Part shown: positions 1 through 12,502 of the stretch, one piece after another
Layout: each line of letters starts with the position of its first letter
Numbering within the stretch: position 1 is the first letter of the stretch
Assembly: GCA_964016885.1 (NCBI GenBank)
Contig: OZ024760.1
Span: forward strand, 3,038,001 to 3,102,000
Origin: Eledone cirrhosa
Lineage: Eukaryota
Reading direction: 5' to 3'
Length of the DNA: 64,000 nt
Program-made: the position numbers and the translations under genes
Notes under the pieces: model-generated
Databases searched by the model: none
What the model was told of the DNA's origin: nothing
Seen by the model: the letters and a program-made list of their open reading frames with translations, nothing else

Positions 1-278
1 ATATACACCCAGTACACTCTGTAAAGTGGTTGGCAAATGATAAAGTTTTAAATCATTAATTAGCTATTTTGTCTAGACAACATAGAGTAGAGAGGAATGT
101 TTTGTCTTGTTGGGGCCCTGGAAACCCCTCTAGTGCTGGTGCCATGGTAAAATTCACCCTATACACTCTGTAAAGTAATTGGAGACGATGCAGGGCAAAG
201 AGGATTCTTTAGTTTTAGTCGAGACATGATAACTTTCCCTTTTCACAAATTGCTGGCCTTGTGCCAAAATTATAAACA

Positions 279-2017
279 ATCATCAGCATCATCATCATTA
301 AATTTATCATCATCACCATCACCATGATGACCATCAACATCATCACCAACACCAACATCATCACCAACGCCACCATCATCACCATCACCACCATCATCAT
401 CACCAACACCACCATTATTAACATCATCACCAACACCAACACCATCACCATCACCACCAACACCACCATCACCACCAACACCACCATCACCATCACCATC
501 ACCAACATCACCATTATTAACATCATCACCAACACCACCATCATCACCAACACCACCACCATCACCACCATCACCATCACCGCCACCACCATCACCACCA
601 GCATCACCAGCACCATCATCACCATCATCATCACCAAGATCATCATCATCACCATCATCACCATCACCATCACCAGCACCACCATCACCACCACCACCAT
701 CACCACCACCACCAACACCACCATCACCATCACCACCAGCACCATCACCATCACCACCATCACCACCAGCACCACCATCATCATCACCATCATCATCACC
801 AACACCACCACCAACACCACCATCACCATCACCACCACCATCACCACCACCACCACCATCACCACCACCATCACCCCCACCACCACCATCACCACCACCA
901 CCATCACCACCACCACCAGCACCATCATCACCACCAGCACCATCACCATCACCACCATCACCACCATCACCACCACCACCATCACCACCACCACCACCAC
1001 CAACACCACCATCACCATCACCACCATCACCACCACCAACACCACCATCACCATCACCACCAACACCACCACCACCACCAACACCACCACCACCATCACC
1101 ACCACCAACACCAACACCACCACCATCACCACCAACACCACCATCACCACCATCACCACCACCACCACCAACACCACCAGCACCACCAACACCACCACCA
1201 ACACCACCAACACCACCACCAACACCACCATCATCACCATCATCACTAATATTAATATATTATTGTTTCTGTCTTTGCAGGAAGAGATTGATAAAGAGAT
1301 GAACAATGGCTGCCTCTTCCTGGACAGCAGACTGGGGGAGAGTCAGTGGGGGAGGACTGTTGCCAAAATAAAGGACATTGGACACCTCTTTAGTCTTGGT
1401 AAGACTGTAATCATCATCACCATCAACATCATTGTTATCATCGTCAACGTCACCATCATCACCACCACCATCACCACCACCATCACCATCATCACCATCA
1501 TCACCACCATCATCACAATCATTGTTATCATCGTCACCATCACCATCATCACCATCATCATCATCACCACCACCATCACCACCATCATCACCATCATCAC
1601 CACCATCATCACCATCACCACCATCATCACAATCATTGTTATCATCGTCACCATCACCATCATCATCATCACCACCACCATCACCACCGCCATCATCACC
1701 ATCATCACCATCATCATCATCACCATCACCACCATCATCACAATCATTGTTATCATCGTCACCATCACCATCATCATCATCACCACCACCATCACCACCG
1801 CCATCATCACCATCATCACCATCATCACCACCATCATCACCATCATCACCAGCATCATCACAATCATTGTTATCATCGTCATCATCATCATCATCACAAT
1901 CACAATCGCAATCGTCATCATCACCATAATCATCATCATCACCATCATCAACATCACCACCATCATCATCGCAATCATCATCATCGTAATCATCATCATC
2001 ATCATCATCACCACCAT
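279..2017. repeat. (CAC/CAT/CAA)n degenerate triplet repeats flanking exon 1
   Basis: Visible directly at 279-1250 and 1409-2017. Confidence 0.95.
1281..1398 (+). CDS. ENPP: ENPP exon 1 in window (NUC domain): EEIDKEMNNGCLFLDSRLGESQWGRTVAKIKDIGHLFSL
   Basis: tttgcAG acceptor, G|GTAAG donor; 118 nt; resembles the ENPP NUC 'CLxxDxR...GxL' segment; phase fits next exon. Confidence 0.8.
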
Positions 2018-2060
2018 TTAATACCTACTTTTCAAATAGATACATAGATATGTGTGTGTG

Positions 2061-2099
<39 letters not shown>

Positions 2100-2133
2100 A
2101 ATGGCTTCTACAGGACTAGAACTGTTTCAATAG

Positions 2134-2184
2134 GGCTTCCTGATGATTTCTCCTGAATGAAACAGTTCTAGTCCTGTAGAAGCC
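2134..2184 (+). ncRNA. Type I hammerhead ribozyme
   Basis: GGCTTC-CTGATGA-tTTC tcct GAAt-GAAA-CAG ttctagtc CTG-TA-GAAGCC: stem I ggcttc/gaagcc, short stem II, stem III, GUA cleavage triplet. Confidence 0.82.
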
Positions 2185-2417
2185 ATTTCTATATTAAATA
2201 TTTATACTCTGCTATGTATTGAGTACTTCACTTACTGTGGTTACCCCCGATTGAACCGGGGATAAACTTATATATATATATATACACATATAAGTTTATC
2301 CCAAGTTCAATCAGGGGTAACCACAGTAAGCAAGGTACTCTCAAAAGCGTGAACCTAATAAACTCTTACTTGTACTGCCTCTCTGTTTTTCTTCCCATCT
2401 AAGTTTTAACTATATAT

Positions 2418-2897
2418 CATCATCATCATCATCATCATCAACGTTTAACGTCCGTGTTCCACGCTTGCATGGGTTTGGACGGGGGTAGTCCCACTTGAGG
2501 CAAGAGTGATTGTCTTGCTCGCATAGGACTGTCTGGCAGGTTTTCTACAGCTGGATGCCCTTCCTAACCACGTTTACAGTGTGGGACTGGGAGGTTTTTA
2601 CCGTGTTACCTACACGGCCACATTACAGCGTGGACTGTGTGTTTTTTTGTCGTGACACCTACACGATCTCATTTGTTTCGGCCTGGATGGCGCGGCACCA
2701 ACATAACTTTACATAGAACGGGGTGGTGTGGATGGGTTGGGGGTGGTGGTGGTGGGACGGGGTGTATTTTGTTAGAGATGCCTACTGGCTAGAGTAGGTT
2801 TTACTATATATTTAGGTAAGGCGGGTCTTCTCTGTTACTGAGTACCGCCAAAGGTCTCGGTCCAGTGACATTGTCTTGGAGAGGTGTAAGTGTGTGT
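2418..2897 (-). mobile_element. RTE family A 3' end
   Basis: Reverse complement of the 40200-40678 3' UTR, with (CAT)n on the + strand. Confidence 0.85.
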
Positions 2898-2926
2898 ATA
2901 TTCAAAAGTATTAAAGGAAACTCCCT

Positions 2927-2991
<65 letters not shown>

Positions 2992-3447
2992 GATAAATCT
3001 ACCAAAATGTACGGTAGTGTCCAATCCGTATGAAGAACTCAATGTAATCCGAATATCATGAAAAGAGAGGTATTAAAAAAAATTTTTTTTTTTTTTCTTC
3101 CGATGAAAAATACAGGAAAACAGAGTCAAGATAAATTAATAAAAATAATGAATAAAAACAAAGAAACAGTTCATTATATTAAAAAAATGTTTAATATAAG
3201 GAACTGTTTCTTTGTTTTATTCATTATTTTTATTAATTTATATATATATATATATTTATTTATTTATATTTATATATATATATTATCAAAGTGTTGTAGT
3301 TTGCTTGAAGCAATGTCGAATAAGAAAAACAAATTTAAATAAGTTTAAATATTTGGAAGCCCAACAATGCATGTGAGATTAAAAGTGCCAAGGTAATAGG
3401 AATTATAGAGAATAAAAGACTGATAAAAGAGTGAAAATGATTACTTT

Positions 3448-4847
3448 TTAACCTTTTAACATTCACATTAATTTGTCAAATGTCATATTTATCTATTCAC
3501 ATTATTTTCAGTTAATCATACTCAAGGGGGTTATCAATTTTACTTGTTTGTAATTTTCTTAATTTTCTATGTGCAGACTTGAAATTTTGTCAGTAGATGT
3601 TTAAATATCAATAATTTACAATTATATATTTTTACCTGATTTTTTTTGTTCAATTTGACTTTTATGGGCAGGCGAAATTAATTAACAGGAGCATTTGAAG
3701 TCTCAATCAGCTGCAAATATTGGTTTAATTTTAAATACCTTGTTTTGGGCATAATGCTTTATATCAGTGCTCCAGTAATTCCACAGCCTTGGAAATTGTT
3801 TTATACCAAACATAATATTTATGGTAAAAAATGCTTGCATTTCTGCAGCCTCTCTCGATCACCATAAAAGATCAGGTTTTCCTCAATTTGAAATCTGTTG
3901 TTGGGCATACCGATTAGTCTCGTCTGCCACAGCTTCAAAGAAAGTTTGTGACAAAAACAAAAAGAAATAATCCGGTGCTTTAGCATCGGGAGGTACTGTA
4001 TGTTGTGGACCAGTATTTTGAATAAAATCAGGAACATATATTGGTGTGGTATTTTTCAACCATGTTGCTGTAATATTTTCATTGGCGTCATGGAGATCTC
4101 CTTTGCTTTCACTTTCAAGACAACAATCATTGTCAGATGAAATTTCAGAAATATACACGCCTGTTTCATTTGAAGATAAATCATTAATATCTTTTGTTTC
4201 TTGTTCATTTTGAATGTCATCGTGTGTAAAACCTTCAAAGTTGGTATTGTTACTTTCACAAGCCATGTTGATACACATGTGTTGTTTCAAGTGGTTTTAC
4301 TATATTAAGTAGGCATCTCTAACAAAATACACCCCCGTCCCACCACCCCCGCCCCATCCACACCGCCCCTTTCAATGTAAAGTTATGTTGGTGCCACAAC
4401 ATCTAGGCCGAAATAAATGAGATCGTGTAGGTTTCACGACAAAAGAATACACAGTCCACGCTGTAATGTGGCCGTGTAGGCAACACGGTAAAAACCTACC
4501 AGCCCCACACTGTAAATGTGGTTGGTGTTAGGAAGGGCATCCAGCTGTAGAAAACCTGCCAGACAGTCCTATGCGAGCAGGACAACCACTCTTGCCTCAA
4601 GTGGGAAAACTCCCGTCCAAACCCATGCAAGCGTGGAACATGGACGTTAAACGATGATGATGATGATGATAAGTGTTAATTTTCGCGATAAAGGCCTAAT
4701 CTCACAGAAATCTCGAATTGAGATTTTGATGATGGTATTCTTTAATTTTAGGACGATATTTTAGTGTGGGTGTTGTTGGCCGGTTTGAACAAATAAAGGG
4801 GAAATAATTTTGGCTGGTTTTGGCCGTTTTGAATGCTAAAGGGTTAA
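3448..4847 (-). mobile_element. Internally deleted piggyBac element
   Basis: TTAA-CCTTTTAACATTCA left end and TGAATGCTAAAGGG-TTAA right end; ORF 3883-4290 has the PGBD4-like N-terminus (F...TGP...DYFxLF...VxETNRYAQQ). Confidence 0.8.
4308..4670 (+). mobile_element. RTE family A 3' UTR inserted in a piggyBac remnant
   Basis: Matches 40306-40678, ends in (GAT)n. Confidence 0.82.
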
Positions 4848-5495
4848 ATACCTACTCACGGGGGGGGGGGGGGTCAGTAAAATGACTATTTTGATTGACA
4901 AACATCAATAAAATAGTAACCCCATCTATCTTTGAAGTTATGAACTGTTGGAAAGGAGTTCAAGCATGTTAGGATGAGTTATCTCATCCATGGCAAGTTA
5001 TCTCGTGTATGGCACTGAAGAGATTAAATATATAGTAATTAAAGGGTTCCAAACCTATCCAGGGCCTTCTCACTCTTGTTGGAAGAACCCCTCTATGGTT
5101 GACCTCTACTGCTTTCTGTTTTGTTTTGGTCATGTCAGAGTTGTAGGCATATTTACCACACTTGGCTAATTGTGGTTAGGTGAGGCCATTTATCTCATTG
5201 TTGAGGTGGATGACCGTTGATTTTGAGGAGTTCATCCCCCCTTTATGCAGCTCGTTTTTTGTGCTGCTGGGGTTCCATTTACCCTCCACACCAGACCAAG
5301 GCTTAGTTGCCAACCACTCGACCATGAAGCAGGTTGTACTGGGTTTCATGGTACCAGCCACAAGCAGAAATAAATACTCTGAGGACTTCATCCATCCTTT
5401 TTACCACTTTTCTTTTATGTTGCTACAGTTAGTTATATCTAACTAAGAATATATGTTGATAGCCATCTATTTTGATGTTTTAATTCTCTTCTCAG

Positions 5496-5564
5496 ATTTC
5501 CTCAATGTCTCTGAAGCCATGCTCTCTACCAATATTGTCCCAATGACGGAATCATTCAAGAACG
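5496..5564 (+). CDS. ENPP: ENPP exon 2 (NUC): DFLNVSEAMLSTNIVPMTESFKN
   Basis: ctcAG acceptor, G|GTAATT donor; conserved 'EALLxTNIVPM' motif. Confidence 0.92.
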
Positions 5565-5646
5565 GTAATTTGATTTTTCATTTTTTTTTTTTTTAAATCT
5601 GGTATTAACACAAACTATTCGCTGTTGGTATAAGAAACACAAACAA

Positions 5647-5706
<60 letters not shown>

Positions 5707-6566
5707 TCATAATCATCACTGTTTCATGTCTATTTTCCATGCTTGCATGAGTTAGACTGGTCAGCCACTTCATGAGACAGGTCTAGCCAGTTGGCCACGA
5801 CATACCTTGCTCGGACAGAACTGTAAATTTGGCTGGATTCCCTTCCTAACACCAACCATGTTTACATTGTTGTGAGTATATCATTAATCTTAAAACATTA
5901 GTCTATGTAAACATATTACACTTCTCAAATAGAGAACAGAGGAAATATTTCATTCAAAGATGGCCTGCAAAGTCATTGTTATTTTTCCTGCAGACTGTTT
6001 CCGAATAATAAACACTTCAATGTTAACCACTGTGGGTAGGTTTGGCTTGGTGGGGGTTATGAGTTGGCGACAGAAATTCTCCTTTTCAAAGATACTGCTA
6101 TGATGTTAACGAGAACCAAGTGGTCAACTGTCACAAAGGTTAGGGGTATTAAATCCTATGTAAATATAACCAGGCCAAGAAAGACCAGTGAAGTGTGACA
6201 GTGTAGAACATCAGCTTGAAGGAGATATGTTCTATGAAGGTCAAGAGGCTTATAAAAAGTTATAAAAATTTACAAAGATTTTATAAAAAGTAATGGAAGC
6301 TGGATTGAATGTCATGTTAAATTAGTGAAGAGTAAATATAAATATATATTAGTAACAATCTTAGTGTCAATGTGTCATTAATATAATTGACTAACCCTTT
6401 AGCATTTACATTACTCTATATATACTATTATATTTTCATGGTAAAGGCTTTGTCTCACATAATATAGAATCTATGATCATGGTGATGGATTTTTAGGGGT
6501 GGATAAAAATGCAAGTATATATTTATATATATATATACATGTATACATACACATCCATATATACAT

Positions 6567-7228
6567 TAGATGTAGAAGAATGGCTTGTGAGAGAAGAGCA
6601 AGCTATGTACAGAGGAGCTGTCAGTAAAGTGAGAGTAGGAAATGAGTTGAGAGGGGAATTCATGGTACAGGTAAGAGTTCATCAAGGTTCAGTTCTTAGC
6701 CCACTGTTGTTTGTTCATCATAGCTATTCAGGCCATAACAGGAATTTAAAATAGGCTGCCCATGGTAGCACCTCTATGCAGATGATTTGGTCCTCCTAGC
6801 TGAAACCAAAAAAGAATTAGGAAATAAATTCCGATTGTGGAAACTAAATTTGGACATGCAAAGACTGGAGAGAAATGAAGTAACCATGTGACAGAAGGGT
6901 AGAGCTTGGATGAGCTGAGAGAGAAACTGGGCTAAAGGGGAATCCAAGATGGTGTGCAGGAGAGAAGACTGCATAGGTATGGACATGTGATGTGCATGGA
7001 CAATGACCGGTGGGTGAAGAAATGTCAGGAAATCCCAGTGGAATGAAACCGCAGTAGAGGATGACCAAGAAAGACCTGGGCAGAGGTTGTGAGACAGACC
7101 TCAAATCACTAACACTAAGACTAGCAGAGGAGATGACGAAGGAACACTACAAATAGAGAGATGCCGTGCTAAGAAGGACCTGTCCAACCCATGTAAGCAT
7201 GGAAAAGTGGATGTAAAAACAATGATGA

Positions 7229-7232
<4 letters not shown>
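6567..7232 (+). mobile_element. Decayed RTE LINE fragment
   Basis: VEEWLVR...VHQGSVLSPLLF, YADD, WYGHV-like remnants, RTE-type tail. Confidence 0.8.
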
Positions 7233-7271
<39 letters not shown>

Positions 7272-7499
7272 CACACACACATATATATAATCTTCATGCA
7301 CAGGCATTGCACAATAGCATTAATTGATAATTATTAATAATGTTATATCATGCAATGGCCATACTCGATAACGAGGGGGAAGCCATCATATATATATATA
7401 TGTATGTATATATATATATATATATGATGTATATATATATATATGTATATATAGAATTTTTCCTGTCTTTACCATTATTTTGTTCCAATATATTTTCAG

Positions 7500-7614
7500 G
7501 AATCTGGAGATTTGTATGGGCCACGATAAAGCAGTATGCTCAACAAGAAGAAATAGGGGTCATATTTGGACCCATCTTTGACAAGAACCAAAATGGACAT
7601 GCTGACAATGTTAG
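7500..7614 (+). CDS. ENPP: ENPP exon 3 (NUC, EF-hand-like loop): GIWRFVWATIKQYAQQEEIGVIFGPIFDKNQNGHADNV
   Basis: ttttcAG acceptor, AG|GTAAGC donor; GPIFD-x-N-x-NGxxD corresponds to the ENPP NUC Ca-binding loop. Confidence 0.93.
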
Positions 7615-7739
7615 GTAAGCTATCATGATCATCATCATCATCTTCATCGTCATCATCACCAACACCATCATCATAATGTTTGCCAGGAAAGTTATCATCA
7701 TCATGGCCTTTTTTTTTTTTTCATATTAGCATATATATA

Positions 7740-8262
7740 TATATTGTTATACTTGGGGAGGGTCATATTGTTGTAATAATATTGCCAGGAATAATAACAG
7801 AACACACTCACTGTTTGGTTGGTTTTTACTTCTGTATCTTTTATATCTCCACAGTTAATTCATTCAGTCCTCAATGTTTACCATTGACTGACCAACGGTC
7901 AAAAATACAGATATAATATAGATATAAACACATATATATAGTCTAACAAAAAATGGCGTAGATATACAATACAACAGGAGGAACATAATAGTACCACTGA
8001 TGATGTTGCAGATGTGCAACGAAAGACTTTGTTAGACTATATATATGTGTGTGTATATCTATATTATATCTGTATTTTTTACCGTTGGTCAGTCAATGGT
8101 AAACATTAAGGACTGAATGAATTAACTGTGGAGATATAAAAGATACAGAAGCGAAAACCAACCAAACATTGAGTGTGTTCTGTTATTACTTCTGGCAATA
8201 TTATTACAACAATATGACCCTCCCCAAGTATAACAATATTTGTTTCGACACACGATTTCATA
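7740..8262. repeat. Long inverted repeat of Penelope pLTR sequence (~200-bp arms)
   Basis: 7741-7945 is the imperfect reverse complement of 8033-8260; both match 34145-34345. Confidence 0.8.
7997..8024 (+). ncRNA. Partial hammerhead core (Penelope pLTR)
   Basis: CTGATGA-tGTTGCA gatg TGCAAC-GAAA; stems I and III not evident. Confidence 0.55.
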
Positions 8263-8618
8263 TCAAAAACCTCGCAAAACAAATTCATCGTCGTCATATA
8301 TATATAATAGTAATATTAATGAGAATAAATGATTAAATACCTTGTACTTTTAATTTTTGGTTTATAAGCACATTGTAACTATATAAATAATATATAAAAT
8401 GTTGTAGTTTGCTTGAAGCATTGTATATGATATGTAATGTGGAAAGAGATATATAAATCTAAACAATTTGGGGAAATATAGGACGGAAAAAACAACAGCA
8501 ACAACAAAAAACAAAGCAAAGATTACCAGGTAATTTAATTTTGTGTTACCTCATCTTACAGTCCATTTTGCATATATCACTTTTCACATTATATATATAT
8601 ATATATACATATATATAT

Positions 8619-8782
8619 AAGTTAATATATATTAATATATGATAAAAATATACGTGTTTGTATTGCAAAAGACGAAGTTAGCTAGAATGAAATAAACTAA
8701 TTAGTTTATTTCATTCTAGCTAACTTCGTCTTTTGCAATACAAACACGTATGTGTTTATCATATATTAATATATATTAACTT
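8619..8782. repeat. Near-perfect palindrome, ~82-bp arms, no loop
   Basis: Centre ctaa|ttag at 8700/8701; two mismatches by my reading. Confidence 0.9.
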
Positions 8783-9364
8783 GTATTTCACGGCTCAGAA
8801 ATACTTCTTTCTTTGAGCTAATTAATTGTAAATGACTTTGAGTTTAAACTCTAAATATAATATAATATATATATATATAACAAAGGAAGTGTGGTAAGGA
8901 ACCAGATGGACCATAATGCACCAGAGTACTCAATATTTAGGGTAGTAGAGTGGGTAATAGGAAAATGTTCAAGACCCCGACGGCAGAGCTCAAGCCGTTT
9001 CGACGGCTATTTCTGGACTATTCTGGACTATTACCTCGCATAATATTGAATCTATGAGATTTTGATATTATTTATTTTGAGAACAAAACCTTAACATCAG
9101 TATGAGTGCCCAGTTATGGCTGGTTTGAACAGAAAGAGGTGAGAGAATTCTGACTGGATTAATAATATTAAAATCTCATAGATTCGATATTTATGTGAGA
9201 TAATGTTGTGTGGTAAAGTCTTTACCATGAATTTACCGTGAAAATATAGAGTAATGTAAATGCTAAAGGGTTAACCCCAAAAAGGTTTCCCCCCAAAAAA
9301 ACTACTGCTCTTGTGCCTAAATTTAAAACATTTATTTATCCCATTTTTTCTTTTCTTCTTTCAG

Positions 9365-9500
9365 TTTTGAGGATTCAGCTCCACCACATCCAACACATTT
9401 CTTTGTTATTCTCCAGAGAAACCGCTTGAAGAAGTCTTCGAAAAATTTAGATATTCTAGCTTTTGTTCTTCCCCATTTACCAAAAGTAACCAATTGCATG
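9365..9500 (+). CDS. ENPP: ENPP exon 4 (NUC): SFEDSAPPHPTHFFVILQRNRLKKSSKNLDILAFVLPHLPKVTNCM
   Basis: Polypyrimidine tract plus AG, ATG|GTAAGA donor; PTHFF and LAFVLPH motifs. Confidence 0.93.
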
Positions 9501-9676
9501 GTAAGAATCTTGAGATTTGGGCAATTTTTGTGTGTGTATCCATGTATGTATATATGCTTCCAATGTAAACATGGTTGGTGTTGTTAGAAAGGACATCCAG
9601 CTGTGAAAACAACCAAAATACAGTTCTGTTTGAGCAAGGTACAGTACAGCCAACTGGCCAGACTTGTATGCATATA

Positions 9677-9714
<38 letters not shown>

Positions 9715-10177
9715 TGCGTGGCTGAGTGGTTAGAGAATTGGATTAACAATCCTGAGGCTGTGATTTCAATTTCCAGACTGGGCGATGTATTATGCCCTTG
9801 AGCAAGACACTTTATTTCACGTTGTTCTTTCTACCTGGTGTTGCGACCGACAGATAGTATTAGCAATTGAAAAGACCAAAGGAAACATTGTTTCCTCAGT
9901 CCAATTTGACGAGCACCACCCCACTCATTAAGTGAATGAGATATGGGATCCTGTTGAGAGACTATCAATATAAATATGGATGTTAAACGGGTGATATATA
10001 TATGAAAAGATTCAGGACCCGACTGCTGAGCTCAGTCTGTTTCGACAGTTAGAGCCAGATCTAGCTGTTGAAATAGCCATCAGGGTCCTGAATCTTTTCA
10101 TATTACCCACTCTACTACCCTAAGTATTGAGTACTCTGGTGGCTTATGGTCCATCAGGTATCTTACCACACCCTCTT

Positions 10178-10211
<34 letters not shown>

Positions 10212-10307
10212 TGCCCCGTCCAAACCCATGCAAGCGTGGAACACGGACGTTAAACGATGATGATGATGATGATGATGATATATATTATATAAGTTTTAAT
10301 ATAGATG

Positions 10308-10358
10308 AGATTCTACAGGACTGGAACTGTTTCATCCTTTAGAAATCATCAGGAATCT
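10308..10358 (-). ncRNA. Type I hammerhead ribozyme (inverted partner of 10390-10440)
   Basis: Reverse complement of the same motif, forming a palindrome over about 10293-10458. Confidence 0.78.
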
Positions 10359-10389
10359 GGCTTTCCAAAAACAAATGTTGTGGAAAGCC

Positions 10390-10440
10390 AGATTCCTGAT
10401 GATTTCTAAAGAATGAAACAGTTCTAGTCCTGTAGAATCT
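10390..10440 (+). ncRNA. Type I hammerhead ribozyme
   Basis: AGATTC-CTGATGA-tTTC taaa GAAt-GAAA-CAG ttctagtc CTG-TA-GAATCT; stem I covaries with the 2134 copy. Confidence 0.82.
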
Positions 10441-10554
10441 CATCGATATTAAAACTTTTATACTCTGCTATGTATTGAGTACCTTACTTACTGTGGTTAC
10501 CTCCGATTCAACCCGGAATAACTTACCTATATATATTATATATATATTATAATG

Positions 10555-10760
10555 TGAAGGCGTGTGGCTGAGTAGTTAGAGAATTGGATTCGCAATCGTA
10601 AGGTTGTGAGTTCGATTCCTGGACCAGGCAATGCGTTATGTCCTTGAGCAAGACACTTTATTTCACGTTGCTCCTTCTACCTGGAGTTGCGACCGATAGA
10701 TAGTATTAGCAATTGGAAAGACCGACGGAAACATTGTTCCCTCGGTCCGATTTGACGAAA
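10555..10760 (+). mobile_element. tRNA-derived SINE family D with CORE-like domain
   Basis: GGCGTGTGGCTGAGTAGTT A-box, GAGTTCGATTCC B-box, TGTCCTTGAGCAAGACACTTTATTTCAC core; related copies at about 9710-9915 and 36797-36975 (+), and 38600-38935, 49730-50030, 58095-58415 (-), the last three with an RTE-type tail. Confidence 0.8.
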
Positions 10761-10910
10761 GTCGATCGTTCCTCTATATATTATAATAATATAAAAGACT
10801 AAAACGGTTAATTATGTCTTATTTTAATTAATTAATGAATGTTTCATCCAATATTTTCAGTAGAAAATAATCTACTGAACGCTAAGAACTTAAATTCTTC
10901 CTTTTTATAG

Positions 10911-11095
10911 AATTTTGCAGATTACCTGCTTGACAACATTGTTAGCCTTCGAGATATAGAACGTCTAACGAACCTTAGATTTGACCGAAGCCTTACTGTG
11001 AAACAGAGGACCTACTTACCTAACAAACTGTGGAGTAGGTTCAATACCCAGCCATGGCTAGAACAACAATGTCCTGAAGAAAAGCCATGTGAAAG
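10911..11095 (+). CDS. ENPP: ENPP exon 5 (end of NUC plus linker into next PDE): NFADYLLDNIVSLRDIERLTNLRFDRSLTVKQRTYLPNKLWSRFNTQPWLEQQCPEEKPCE
   Basis: ttttatAG acceptor, AG|GTATC donor; 'RDIExLTxLxF...TYLP' is the usual ENPP C-terminus, followed without a stop by 'WLEQQCP..PC', like the PDE N-terminal segment. Confidence 0.88.
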
Positions 11096-11117
11096 GTATC
11101 AGATAGAGTTATATTTT

Positions 11118-11675
11118 CTAATAATTGTTTCTACTTTTGGCACAAGGCCAGCAATTACCCCAGTGCATTACTGGTACTTTATTTTATCGACCCCGTAAGG
11201 ATGAAAAGCAAAGCTAACCTCGGCGGGATTTGAACTCAGAATGGCAAGGGCCGTAACTCTATGCATCAAAGCATGGTGTCCAACCCTCTACCGATACTGC
11301 CAATTCACCACATAATAATAATAATTGTTTCTACTTTAGGCACAAGGCCAGCATTTTCCCAGTGTATTACTGGTACTTTATTTTATCGACCCAGTAAGGA
11401 TGAAAAGCAAAGCTAACCTCGGCGGGATTTGAACTCAGAACGTAAAGGACCAGGACTTTATGCTGCAAAGCGTGGTGTCTGATGCCCTACCGATTCTGCC
11501 AAACCACATAATAATAATAACTGTTTCTACTTTAGGCACAAGGCCAGCAATTATCCCAGTGTATTACTGGTACTTTATTTTATCGATCCCGTAAGGATGA
11601 AAGGCAAAGTCAACCTCAGCGGGATTTGAACTCAGAATGGCAAGGGCCGTAACTCAATGCATCAAAGTATTTTCT
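11118..11675 (-). mobile_element. Three tandem family C SINEs
   Basis: Reverse complement of the family C consensus repeated head-to-tail just after exon 5. Confidence 0.85.
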
Positions 11676-11699
11676 AATAATTGTATTATAGATAGCATG

Positions 11700-12470
11700 G
11701 TGCTGTTGTTGTTGTTGTTGTAGTTGTTGCTGTTGTTGTGGTTGATGCTGTTGTTGTTTTTTTTGGTGGAGGGAGGTTGTTGTTGTTGTAGTTATTGGTG
11801 TACTTGTTGTTATTACTGTAGTTGTTGTTGTTATTGCTGTTGTTGCTGCTGCTGCTAAACTTATTGTTGTTGTAGTTGTAGTTATTGGTGTACTTGTTGT
11901 TGTTGCTGTTGTTGTTGCTGCTGCTGCTAAACTTATTGTTGTTGTAGTTGTAGTTATTGGTGTACTTGTTGTTGTTGCTGTAGTTGCTGTTGTTATTGCT
12001 GTAGTTGTTGCTGCTACTGCTGTTGTTGTTGCTGCTGCTAAACTTATTGTTGTTGTAGTTGTAGTTGCTGTAGTTGTTGTTGCTGTAGTAGTTGTTGTTG
12101 TTGCTGTAGTTATAGTTGTTGTTATTACTGTAGTAGTTGTAGTTGTTGTTGCTATAGTTATTGTTGCGGTTGTTTCTGTTGTTTCTTTTTTTTTTTTGTT
12201 TGGTGTTGTAGTTGTTGAAGTTGTTGTTGTTGTTGTAGTTATTGTTGTTGTAGTAATTGTTGTTGGTGTTTTTTTTTGGGGGGGGAGTGCTGTTGTGGTT
12301 CTTGTTGTTGCTGTAGTTATTGTTGTAGTTGTGGCTATAACAGTTGTTGTAGTCGTTATAATTTCCCTTCCACCCCAAATTGCTGGCCTTGTGCCAAAAA
12401 TAGAAACAATTATGTTAAAAAGAATTGTTGTTGTTATTGTTATTGTTGTTGTTGTTGTTACTGCTGTTGC
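11700..12470. repeat. (GTT/GTA/GCT)n degenerate triplet repeat
   Basis: Visible directly. Confidence 0.9.
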
Positions 12471-12502
12471 CTTGATATTAATCCTTTTCTTTTCATTTTC
12501 AG

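Noticed and set aside
215-2021. Long Thr/Ile-rich and Val/Met-rich ORFs (565, 363 and 224 aa), mucin-like
   Set aside because: CAC/CAT triplet repeats lack stops; only 1281-1398 has splice sites and ENPP similarity.
5176-5400. Minus-strand GDELLKING, a weak PDZ-like motif
   Set aside because: Flanked by stops, no splice sites or extended similarity.
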